A stretch of DNA of 64,000 nucleotides from NCBI GenBank assembly GCA_001662655.1, contig KV460207.1. One strand, given 5' to 3'. Positions 22,817 to 34,190 of the stretch are shown here, in pieces (within the stretch, counting starts at the first letter, position 1; each line of letters begins with the position of its first letter). Source of the DNA: Pseudogymnoascus verrucosus. Lineage: Eukaryota. Position numbers and translations under genes: made by a program. The notes under the pieces were generated by a model. The model saw only the letters and a list, made by a program, of their open reading frames with translations, was not told where the DNA came from and did not search any database.

Positions 22817-24631
22817 GTTTTTGGATATGCTGGAAACCAATTGAGGCTGGGTCGTTTATAGCTGATGAACTTGTTTCCTGTCAGGGATTCGGCAGAAGGA
22901 TCTGAGAATTTCAGAATGACAGAGGGAAGACAATAAACGGCAAAGAAAAAGAAGGTAGAAAAGAGTATGTGGGATGGAAGGAAAGGCTGGCGGGGTTGTC
23001 GATGGAGTTGAAAAAGCATGATGACGTCTTCCATTCATGGTTCCGGAAGCGTCAGAGACGTCCGCGGACAAGCGCAAACAGGCATATCAAACCTAGACTA
23101 TACGAATAAGTATAAGTATAAGTATAGCATTTTTAAATCCATTGGCTCTTGATTAGCTATAACTAAGTTATTTCCTCTGCATTAAATAGTAGCATCGCAA
23201 CGTTGTTCGCACTTTGTATCAACAAAATCTATGAATACCTAAAGCAGTTATAATTATCCACCCAGGTCACGAGAAAGTGACGTAATTTTGGGGGTCCGGA
23301 TAAACAGCGAAGCCGGGCGGAGTTGACTGAAACTGCCGGCACGTGCATGGACCGTGCGAAGCCACAACCGTTAAAGTCACGTTTTTTCGTATACCTTGTT
23401 ACTATTTATGTACTTGACTTAAATTGAGAGCAGCCAAGGCAGCCAAGAGCAAATGGAAATTGCGGTCTACTCATACAGGAAGGTCGCCCTCAGCTTTTGT
23501 TGACCGTTTATTAATCTTCTCCTGATCTACTCATGATCTCCTTTTAATCATCCTCTTGTGGGGGGTTTTCTCCTGAGATCTGCACTAGCACCATTTATAT
23601 CGCGCTACGAGAGAACACTATGAAGTGAGCTATACCAACTCCAATCCACTACTATCCACTCTATATTACGCTCCGCACCCGCCGTCAGCTGTCAGCTGTC
23701 AGCAAGTCTTGTCCAAACGGAGGCTAATAATATTGTCGACACAGATCGTATTAGGCGCGAGAAAAGCGTTGTGGCTTGCCTGTAGCCTCGCATTCCGGCT
23801 AAGACGCGCGGTGCCTGCGTAGACCGTGGCTATATAATACAGACTATGTCCTATAATATGCACCCTCGGACTCCTCGCCAGAGCTACACCGAGCCACAGA
23901 GAAAATCCGACAACGTGCAGTAGTGATCTACAACATTTTGAGATATCACTGTGAGTCGGGTTATGTTTACCCAGAGTCTTATGAAATATTAGACGAACTC
24001 TTCGCGACTCGCTTTCCAAGCTCCTCAGTGGTTTTCTAATCTCCCCAACCCCGAAGAGAACCCCTATAATGAACTGTGCGCTAGCCCCCCGGCACTCAGC
24101 TTGAGGAGCTCGGATGCTGCGTTGTCCAAATTAATTGGCATCATATTGTGCTGACTATAGTACAATTCTACCCTATATAGCCGTGTCAGACTCCCTTCAA
24201 GCGAGGTTGAGAGAAGGTTCACTATATCTGTTTCACTACTCATGCGGTTGGAAGATGCAATATGGATCCAATATAAGCATGCGGCACAAACGCATATGCG
24301 GCTCCCAGCTTATTACATCCATATTGACAGCCAATCTCCGCCCATAGCCAGCCCAGGCCTTCGGCCAACGAATCTCATACGGCGGTAGGTTGCAAGGAAT
24401 GCGAAAGGCCCCCAATTGTGCAAGCATATTCTGCCAAATCTACCCTGCACGGACGCAGTACCCCGATGCCGGTGTCACAAAATATCTAGACGCATATAAA
24501 TAACTTCGGCCCTTCTTACTGATGTGGGTATCTTTTCTCAATTGCTTTCTCCGTGGCTTTTGTAGAATCAGTCTCTTCTCTCATCCTCTTCAAAGCAAAT
24601 AAATATCATATATTTGTTCTTCTCTTTCACC

Positions 24632-25873
24632 ATGTTGGCCAGCGTCTCCAATATTCTTGTGGCATCTCTCTTTGCCACTACCGTGGTTGGTTCTAGTGTC
24701 CACCGTCCTGAAAATGGCAACCACGGCGGCGACGCTGTAGATGCCATCTCTGCTAAGGGTCTTGCCAAACTCAAAGCATGGACTAAAAGCAACCCTCCCG
24801 CAGGCAACTGCACATTGGAAAACGCCGTCATTCGACGTGAATGGTATGAATCTCCCCATGCCCACTGTAGGCCATTAAACCCAGTCAGCTAACTGATTAG
24901 GTCGGCCTTCTCTCGCCAAGAACGCCTTGATTATATCGATGCTGTGCTCTGCCTCCAGAAAACGCCACCCACCACACCCTTGAGCATCATCCCCGGCGTT
25001 CGTAGCCGCTACGATGACTTCGTCGGAACCCACATCAACCAAACGTTGTTTATCCACTCCACAGGCAACTTCCTTGGCTGGCACAGATATTACGTCTGGA
25101 CCTACGAGCAAGCCCTGCGTAATGAGTGCAATTACCAGGGGCACCAGCCTTACTGGAACTGGGGGAAGTACGCTCTCGACCCCGTCAACTCCCTCCTCTT
25201 CGACGGGTCCGATGAATCCCTCAGTGGTGACGGCTCCTACTTCGAGCACACCCCCGTTGCAGTCGCCGGTGCACCCCCGCCATTCGATGTAATCATCCCT
25301 GGCAACGGCGGCGGCTGCGTCACATCAGGCCCCTTCAAAGACATGGTCGTTTCCCTCGGACCCGTGGCCGGCACCCTAGACGGCGTAACACCAAACCCCA
25401 CACCCGACGGATACAGCTACAACCCACGCTGCCTGCGCCGCGACATCTCCGAGAATGCCGCCGTATCCACGCGCACCAACGCCACAGTCTCGCTGCTGAC
25501 CACACGCGATAACATCTCCGACTTCCAGGATTACATGCAAGGTGTATTTGCTGAGGGCATCCTCGGGGTGCACGCCGGGGGCCACTTCACTGTCGGTGGT
25601 GACCCGGGAGGTGATTTCTTCGCGAGCGCTGGAGACCCGGCGTTCTGGTTGCACCATGCTAGTGTTGATCGGATCTGGTGGATCTGGCAGAATCAGGATC
25701 TGGCGACGAGGCAGAATGCTATTGCGGGGCAGACGCATATGGCGGGTGATGGGGTGCCGACGACGCTGGAGGATGATCAGTTCTTCCAGGTCAATGGAAA
25801 GGTGCCTAAGTTGAAGGATCTCTTGGCGACGTTGGGTGGTGCGGATGGGGAGTTCTGCTATATCTATCAGTAG
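24632..25873 (+). CDS. Secreted tyrosinase / type-3 di-copper oxidase, 2 exons
   Basis: Signal peptide MLASVSNILVASLFATTVVG, IRREW, CuA His set (THINQ, IHSTGNFLGWHR), PYWNW, CuB set (VHAGGH, DPAFWLHH). Intron 24844-24900. Confidence 0.92.
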
Positions 25874-28013
25874 TACGGCTTGGTGTGAAGGGTTAAAAGC
25901 AGGGAAAATAATTTTTTGATATGCCACCTAATGACAAAGTTCTCAAAAACTCATAATGTCCCTTTGTTTGTGTGATGTCCAGTAAATTAGAAATTATGTA
26001 CCACTCCAGCTGAAGCGCCTGGAATGTGTCAGGGGGTATGGCGTTCCAGGGGCCTGTGTAGCCGCCGAGGAAGACGGGCCGAGACTGTGGGGGCGAGTTG
26101 GCTGGGGCTGTGGTGGTGGGATGACAGGGCGCGCTGGCAAGAGTCGTTCTTGAGCGGTGTGTTGCGGGGCATGTCATGAAGAGGGAGCATTGAAGCATGG
26201 GTAATTAATTGATTGGCGTGACGCTTTATTGTGCATTTATAACATGGTTCAAAGCTAGATGGAGTCTCTCTTGGCTGTTCTCATTCTTGACGAGTGTTAC
26301 CCGCAGATGAGTTGCTACAGCGGCCATCATAGCCTAGAAGTCCACCCAGTCATCACATCCTGGCTCCGCCCCGGCCAAATACATCCAACATCTTGGCCAC
26401 TATATTGGCCCGGAGCGAGGAGTGCACCTCCTACCTGGAGTTTGCTGTCCCCGAGGCCGCGGCCGGAAAAACAGGGCCGTATTGGGCGCTGTTGTAGACT
26501 CTTCGCGCGTGGAGGCTTGTACCAAGATGGAAGCTTTGCTCTGGATGTCCTGCATGCTTGGGCAAGGCGTGTTATTCTAGATAGTTCCTTTTCGGAGGGT
26601 ATAAGTTGTGTTCGAAGTAAAAAGAGGATAGCTGCTCAGCTTCCTGGTCGCTTCTTTTGTTTTCTGGCCCTGCTCGTAGATGTGGTTTCTGGCTTCACAA
26701 TCCCCTGAGGTTTCGCAGCTTTCGGTCCCCCTTTCTTATTACGCGGTGAGCGATTCGAGGATGGAGGTAAGCGTGGATCCACATTATTAGCATTTATCCG
26801 CCGAGGTGCCTCACGCTTCTGTAGTGCTGTCCCTTCATATGGGAGCATATCAAATTCAGGTTGTTTGCCTGCGAGTCTAATACACGTTTCGCAGCGCGTT
26901 GCAATGAAAAGGTTTTGTAAAATTTCGTCAAGGCTGTTCACTAATATAATACTTCGAACAATACCATCAAACAAATAAATGCATATCAGTGGTATGTTGG
27001 CTATCAAATACTAACAGATGTGTGCCTATTCGGAGGCCAGATATAAAATGTTCCCCGGATGAAAATTGCAATATATTCATTAAATAAACTGCTGTTTGTA
27101 CAGATTTAGGTTAGCAACATTCTGAATACGACTTTGCTATTTGCGCAGTGTTCCAAGGATCAACATGTGAGAATAGCTACCGTGTATTGTTCTGACTTTA
27201 TAATGGCGAGAACTTCACACGATGACGTTGACGCGGGCAAAAAAGCAGACCGATACTGAGCATAAGCTCGCCAACTCAAACCATTTTGCTCTTTCTCGCT
27301 CTTTTCAGATAAATACTGTAATATGCAATCCACAATAGCAATGGACGGCAGGTGCAAGTTCCCTCGCTCCTTCCTCCTTTATCTTTCCATCAACTCCCCA
27401 TCGCTCTTTCCATCAATGGCTGGCTACCTACCATCTTTTCTTGGCCGGTAGGTGCTATGTCAGCCTAAATAACTAAAAGTTTGACTTGTCAGCCATCCTT
27501 CTGCGTCATCCTTCATCAATATCCTCACCACTATCCTTATTATATATCCCGCTCCGTCTTACTGCGCAGCCATTCTCTCCAACCGTCTCTATCTCCTCAT
27601 TTTACGCTGCTTCTTGGTATCCGGAGAATTTTTTTACCTGATATCGACTATTACCGACCACCCAACATTCATTCCTTTGTTACAATTTGCCCCTTTTGGG
27701 ATATTGATTTGGATATACGGGAGAAGGCCAGGATTGGCTTGGAATAAGGTTGGATGGAAGACTGTGCACTCTCTGGGGCCACCTGGAGTGATCTTCTCCC
27801 ATCGCCATCGACGATTCTACTTCACATTACGCGGCTTCTGGATTTCTACGGCTCCAAAATTTCCATTCTCGGTGTCTGTGTGGTCCTTGACCCTACATAT
27901 GAAACTCATTGTGGGCGCTGAAGGCTGGAGAAGTGCGAAGGATTTCCCTCAAGTCTGAGAGTCAAATATTTCCTACCATTACGCGGCTCCAGAATACTCG
28001 CCTCCACCCGACC

Positions 28014-30674
28014 ATGTCTCCACTGCATCTAGCTTCAAGCTCAAACACGAGGACCTCTTCCAACAGGTTAGATACGAACAATGCCACGAAACAACATGGA
28101 ATTGCCACTCAAAGACCTCGGACAAAACAATACAGGCCGTCTACGCTTCATGATTTGCCTCTGTCGGCAAATGTTCTGAGGGCCAGGAGTAATCACAATC
28201 ATACATGCGCCATCCATGGTCGAAGACGAGCTGCAGTTTCGGATCCACCAGCTCTCACAATACCATTGACTGCTTCCACACGGTCTCGCCGACTGCCTAC
28301 TCCACCAGGAGTAGTCGGTGCCACAAGCATTGGTGCAGCAGAAGCTACCCGCCGATATAATTCTCGGCGGTCTCCAAGAGAAAGCCTCGAAGAGGCTTTC
28401 TACGACTGCCAGGAGGCTAGCGTTGGGTTCTTAACGCCATCACTCAACCAATCGCACAGTGATCCGCCTAGTAGGGATGACGATAACCCAACTGGAGACA
28501 TGATTCGCATACTCTGCTGTTATCTGCCGAAGGTACATCTTCCACAGCTTCTACCTATTTCTTGTTTGGGGTTTTCCATTGCAAAGGGTGAGCCAATGAT
28601 AGTAAGTGGCAGTGATGCCACCCGTGCGAATCTGCCGGCAAGAGCCTGGGGTAAGAAATCAGCTTCTGTTTCGAATGATGAAGCGATGCCCTCTGGTGGA
28701 AACACGAATACTGTTACCACTCTGGTAAAAAAGTCTATGGACTTGATCCGAGGCACGAAGGTTGGGTCTCTTGGCCGAAGTGATAGCACTATTACTGTTC
28801 GCCGCAATGCATTATTCAGCCATGGCAGACGAACCGATACAGTAACTGAGATGGCTACAAAACAAAACATCCAAGGCAATATACCACATCAGATGGAACT
28901 TCCCACAATAGTCACTCTCCGACGCGCCATTGCCGTTCTAAACACTCTCGCTCAGCCACCTACGCACAACGTCAGCGCTGACATGAATGACGCTGCGATG
29001 CTTCGAGAATACCGTCGCAGCATTCGATCGATGGCATTGCCGGCCGAGTATTTGATTACATCTGAGGAGATCAGAAGTTTGAAAAACCAGATGAAGAGCC
29101 AATTTATTGGACCAGATCCAAAAGAGACTGCCTTGGTCAAGAAGAAGAAATCCCTGGTTGGGCTTGGTTGGAAGGGAAGAGTCAAGAAATCAAGCAGCGG
29201 ATCAATGGTCTGGTTTGGAGCTCCGCGCAAAAATCTCGAGTCGAGGGTCGCGCTCTCCGTTTCAAATATCCATACAGCATCGGTGTCAGTCTTAAACCGC
29301 GGGCGAAAGGGCTATTTTATATCTCAACAAACGAGCATCATCCCCATGCTGATGACAGGAAAGAGTATACATGAGATAGTCTGGGAAGACGACGGAAACC
29401 CACAGAACCTTTTTTCTTCGACGTGGAGCGTTGCGACTAGTCTGGCACAGGTCGATTTGGTGACTCGGTCTCCTAACTCATGTCCCCGAGAGCCCGACCC
29501 AGCCCCTATTGAAGATATAGAATCATACGGCGGCGGGACTGCAATCATGGGTATAAATAGAACATTTAAGACTGTCTGGGAGCACCCCTCCGAGGAGGTT
29601 TCAGATACGCCTTATGACATTGACAAATCTCTCTCGCTCTCCGAAGTGATGATTCCAAGCTATGTGACTCAGCAGGTTTCCATCTGCACACCAAAACCCA
29701 TCGCCGATGGTGTCTGGCTCCCGCCAATTTCGACCTTTAATGCGCCATTGGTTGAAATTCCGGCTGCCAATCTACGCACCTCGGCGCTAGACCTTGGGCC
29801 TGCTTATGACATTTGGAGAGATTACTATGTCTCTTTGATTACACAGTCTAAGCATCCACTGTTAGGAAAACAAGGTTTAGCGGCACCAGTAACCATTTCG
29901 CAACCCAAGCCATCGCCATGGAGACATTCCACCCATAGTCTAGTGAGAGTTCCAGTAGGCTCACGGCCGAAGCCCTCACTGTGGAGCAGCGATGTCGCAG
30001 CCTCGGGCCAGATTAGTGCCACCCGCGATGGCAGAGAGTCAACGGCAGAAAATACTCTGCGGCTATGGAAGCGAGCCTCAGCGCGTCGTCTACGAGGTGC
30101 TCTGGGTATGGGAAGCGGTGAGAGCTGGAGACGCGTGATGGGCGTAGAAAATATCAAAGATGCGGAGATCGATGGTGCTTTGTCATCTGCAGCAGATGAC
30201 AGAGCACCATGGGGAGCAGAGGCCCTGGATGATGTGTCTATTATCTCTGATGATGCGGAAAGCGATGGATCGTGGAAGAGAGATGCGATATCGCGGAAAG
30301 GGAAAAGGAGGTTGTTGAGGAGGATTAGCCAGAGGGCCGCGCGTGCGAGACAAAAATTGATGGCGGCACGCGAAGAGAAAGCCAGGCAGGGGACAGAGAA
30401 CGGAAAAGGTGAGGAGGGAGTGGATGGAGGCGGCTATCCTTCTGAGAGGACTCTCGACCATCGCGGGATGCTGGAAGAAAAGTCGAAGCATGAGGAACTG
30501 GAAGAGTGGATGAGAAGTTTAGAAGCAACGCCTGTCTTGAGACCTCGGTCTGGCAGAAATTACATGAATTTGTACGGAAGCAGCAGAGCTACTGATCGGA
30601 AGACTGGCGATCATCGGCCCTTCAAGCTTAAGGGTGAATCGCGGAGAAGCGTTAGTATCACTACGATTGTGTAG
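28014..30674 (+). CDS. Hypothetical Ser/Arg-rich, probably disordered protein (about 886 aa from the first ATG)
   Basis: 2.7-kb stop-free frame. Basic clusters VKKKKS and RKGKRRLLRR. No domain recognised, and the true start is uncertain. Confidence 0.62.
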   Translation: MSPLHLASSSNTRTSSNRLDTNNATKQHGIATQRPRTKQYRPSTLHDLPLSANVLRARSNHNHTCAIHGRRRAAVSDPPALTIPLTASTRSRRLPTPPGVVGATSIGAAEATRRYNSRRSPRESLEEAFYDCQEASVGFLTPSLNQSHSDPPSRDDDNPTGDMIRILCCYLPKVHLPQLLPISCLGFSIAKGEPMIVSGSDATRANLPARAWGKKSASVSNDEAMPSGGNTNTVTTLVKKSMDLIRGTKVGSLGRSDSTITVRRNALFSHGRRTDTVTEMATKQNIQGNIPHQMELPTIVTLRRAIAVLNTLAQPPTHNVSADMNDAAMLREYRRSIRSMALPAEYLITSEEIRSLKNQMKSQFIGPDPKETALVKKKKSLVGLGWKGRVKKSSSGSMVWFGAPRKNLESRVALSVSNIHTASVSVLNRGRKGYFISQQTSIIPMLMTGKSIHEIVWEDDGNPQNLFSSTWSVATSLAQVDLVTRSPNSCPREPDPAPIEDIESYGGGTAIMGINRTFKTVWEHPSEEVSDTPYDIDKSLSLSEVMIPSYVTQQVSICTPKPIADGVWLPPISTFNAPLVEIPAANLRTSALDLGPAYDIWRDYYVSLITQSKHPLLGKQGLAAPVTISQPKPSPWRHSTHSLVRVPVGSRPKPSLWSSDVAASGQISATRDGRESTAENTLRLWKRASARRLRGALGMGSGESWRRVMGVENIKDAEIDGALSSAADDRAPWGAEALDDVSIISDDAESDGSWKRDAISRKGKRRLLRRISQRAARARQKLMAAREEKARQGTENGKGEEGVDGGGYPSERTLDHRGMLEEKSKHEELEEWMRSLEATPVLRPRSGRNYMNLYGSSRATDRKTGDHRPFKLKGESRRSVSITTIV

Positions 30675-31157
30675 GATGGCTGTGTCGTAATGCGGACTGG
30701 GATTATCATTAAGAAAAATTGCTGGAATGGGGATAGAAAGCGATGTCAATAGTCGCGCACTAGACTGGTAGAAATCAAGTACTGTTATTCCATTTCATCC
30801 GATTGAAGGGGAAACCCTCTTTCGATGGGCTCGATATTTCATGTCACCGTCACGTTCATTGGGACGGAATACAGAGAACTTCATATGTCTAGTAGCAAGT
30901 GTTCTCAGTTGCATACATGATCTGGTCATCTATATGTGTATAACATTTAACATTCTCCCATGCACCCTCATCTCATTTCCTTCCCCCAAACACCACCAAG
31001 CCAGCCCTCACCCTTCCCTTCAAACAAAACCAACCAGTCGCCAAAATGCCACACCCACAGCAGACAAACAGCCCAAAAAAAAATCAACTCCTCCCAGCAA
31101 ACTAAATAATCGTGGTATAAATCATTCATCCTTCCTCATAAATCCCGCACCCGTCAC

Positions 31158-33413
31158 CTACAACTCCTGAACCCTCTCCCACTCCTTACACGTCCCAAAC
31201 CCGAACCAGGCCCTCTTCTTACACCGCTCCTTTGGCGTCGGAGCCGCAGGGGATGTCGGCTTCGGATCCGCGCAGACAAAACCGAACCATTTGTAGGTGT
31301 GGCATTTTATCGTTGTGGTTGGACCCGTAGGGTTTGGCATGGCGGTTGGGACGGAGGGAGGGGATGTGAGGGGAGGAGGCGAGGTAGGGTCGCGGCAACC
31401 CCACCAGCCGGGAGTGGCGCAGGTGGTTGTGGGTGGGGGTCCGGTGGGAGAGGGGTCGTTGCAGCCGCCGAAGTAACCGGGGGAGGTGCAGGTTGTTGAG
31501 GGTGGAGAGGTGATGACGGGCTCGGTGGAGTCGTTGCAGCCTCCGAAGAAGCCGGGGGATGTGCAAGTTGTCGAGGAGGTAGGAGGAGAGGTGGTAACGG
31601 GGTCGGTCGGGTCGTTGCAGCCACCAAAGAAGCCAGGGGATGTGCATGTTGTTGAAACCGTGCTAGTGGTTGTGGTGGAGGACGTAGGAGTTGGGGTTGG
31701 AACGGCCGTTTTGGAGGGGGTGGCTGGGGTGGTTGTTGTTGTCCTGTCATTGCATCCGAACCAGCCGGGAGTCTTGCACGTTGTTGTTGTCGCGGTAGAT
31801 GTGGTTTTGCTCGTGGCCGTTCCAGTTGCCGTTGTGGTTTCATCAAGACATCCCCACCATCCAGGTGTCTTGCATGTCTCCGTTCTCGTACGCGTCCTTG
31901 TGGACGTTGGCTTCGATTTCGTGGTTGTGGTTGTCTCGGAGCTGTTGCTCTCGTAGAACTTCCATAGCGGGCAGTCAACACACTCGGGTGTGGTGACGCA
32001 TTTCGGTCCGGTGTCATATTTGACCAATACTGTGTCAATGACGGAGCGTATCGAGTGAGAGGAGAGGGAAACGCGCCAGCCAAGATCTCCGACGACGTCG
32101 TAGGCGCACTCTTGACCAGAATGACAGGCAGTTTCCATGGCGTACCCAGCGAACGAGCAGAGTGATGTCACCCCATTACAGGTCCCAAGGAAGACGGGGT
32201 CGGCGGTGTGGCCTATGTGGTAGGTCCCGGTATATCCGCGTCTTCGTAGCTCATCACCACCCATGGATGGTGGTAGGGGTAGTCCAAGGCGCTTGGCTGC
32301 AAGGTTGTCCGGAGGAGACTCAAAGGTAACAGTTGGTAACCCATAGGTCATTCCAAGCAAACTGCTCACGGCACCTCCAAGGGAATGGCCGCTGACCCAG
32401 ACGTTGGACGTAGGGTATAATGCAGTAACGTTTGAGTACAACTCTCGAGCTGCTTGGTAGTACCTGTTCTCTTGGCGCAGGTTTTTGACGACGCAGGTGT
32501 TGTTGCAGGAGTATGTGGATGTTGCGCAGTCGCAAACTTTTCGCCATGTCAACTGTCCCTGTTGCCCACAGCAGCAACTGAAAAAGAGGTTGTCATTCTC
32601 CTTGTCATCCTTCGTTGTCTCTTGTCCATCGAAGACAGCCATGCTTGTGCCCTTCAAGCTGATGATAATCGTCGAGTTCTTGTCATTTGCCCATATATGT
32701 CCCCGGAGTCCGTCTCCTTCCCAACCAAAATCCGTTGAATTGTGGAAGTGGCTAATGTTCTCCCAGCCTCTCAGATTGGGTTCCAGGACATATGCCGCTG
32801 CTGCCATCTCTGCCATGCTGACTACTGTTGCCTTATCTGAAATATCCGGCCCCTCGATCTCATCCACCGTCCAGGCAGATGCCGATAGTGATACGACCTC
32901 TCCATGATCTCGTGCTGCTGCTATCATTGGGTCGATCACTGATGGCCTTCGATCCGCTAGCCGTTGCATCTTCAGCGGCACGCTTCGGATCATAAGTGGA
33001 GGCAACTCTTGCGGCCGGCCGTCCTCGGAGGTGGTATATAACTGTGCTTCCGGGTTGAGGACATCCTGCCGCCTATGCAACGTCGGGTATCTGCTCCCGC
33101 CATGATGGAATAGATGCCGAAGAGACTAGACACACGAATCCTGTTAGCCCACTGCACTCTCTATAACTACAACAGGCATCCACGATAAGAGTCGACTTAC
33201 GAATCGTTCAGCACCACCCTGAGGCTCGTCACCTGGCTGACCTGGGAATGACGGCGGAATAGCTGGGAGCTCCTGCCCTCCTAGGTGTATTTGGGCTCCG
33301 TTGTCTTGTCGGGCTGAAACCGGAGTGTGCAATGCTAGGAACGATAACAACAGTCCAGCTGTGACTCTGCCCGCCGAGCGGCATCTGAAAGAGAGGTTGC
33401 CGTCTGGAATCAT
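31158..33413 (-). CDS. ATG15: Autophagy-related vacuolar lipase Atg15, 2 exons
   Basis: LRHLFHHG, FGWEGDGLRGHIW, DKENDNLFFSCCC, lipase motif GHSLGG, HIGHTADPVF, and a Thr-rich tail. Intron 33126-33200. Confidence 0.95.
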
Positions 33414-34190
33414 GGTATAATATAGGGACTATAAGGCCTCAAAGTCGCAGCAGAACCCCGTCTGCTACGTCTGTAGTTCTTTCAGGCCTTCAAAAGACGT
33501 GTTGATGTGTTGTAAAGTGGTGAAGGTTGAGGGCTGAATGCCGACGGCATCGATAGGTTGAGGCGAATCGATGGGGTACCTGCCTGGGTGGCTGACCAGA
33601 GCCGTGTGTGACGTATGGTGGGACGCAATTTGATTGGCTGCTGGTCCCGATAGCACTCAACTACGCGTCCAGCACGTGACCCATGGCTGCCACCTGTGAC
33701 GACCACGTACGCAGAGTGTATTATGAGGGCAATAAAGGCACGGTATTGTCAGTATATATTAACATTTGTGAATCCAAATAAAATAAATAGTATACAGCAT
33801 ATAACAGATCTATGAACCTCATAAATAAATAACCTTCATCGTTGTCTTATCAACTGCTCGCGGATAAGATAAGACTGACGATCAAGGCCGTAATTTCCAT
33901 AGCTACTCTGTCACATCCCTGGAGACACCTCTCAGAAATCAACACCGCTGCCATTTTACGAAGATTCAAAGGCATGGAATCACCCTGTCTCATGCTAGAA
34001 CTGCTATAAAGCATTAAGCTGTTACGTTTCTTTTCACACACGCTCGTTTCGCGGCTCCCTGGTCTCTGACATCCCTACGTGTACGACGAAGACCCCAAGC
34101 ACCTCCCCAGGTAGCACGTACAACTATGCAAGCTATCCCAACTCTACTCTCCAGGACGCTCTTCTAACAAGATTTATACACAGACCTACA

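Noticed and set aside
23100..24300. TpA-rich stretch with short (TATAAG)n and (GTCAGCT)n repeats, possible RIP-degraded element
   Set aside because: No terminal repeats, target-site duplication or transposase/RT remnant visible.
26240..27360. Possible multi-exon minus-strand gene with a basic low-complexity ORF
   Set aside because: The splice combinations I tried hit stop codons, and no family signal is present.
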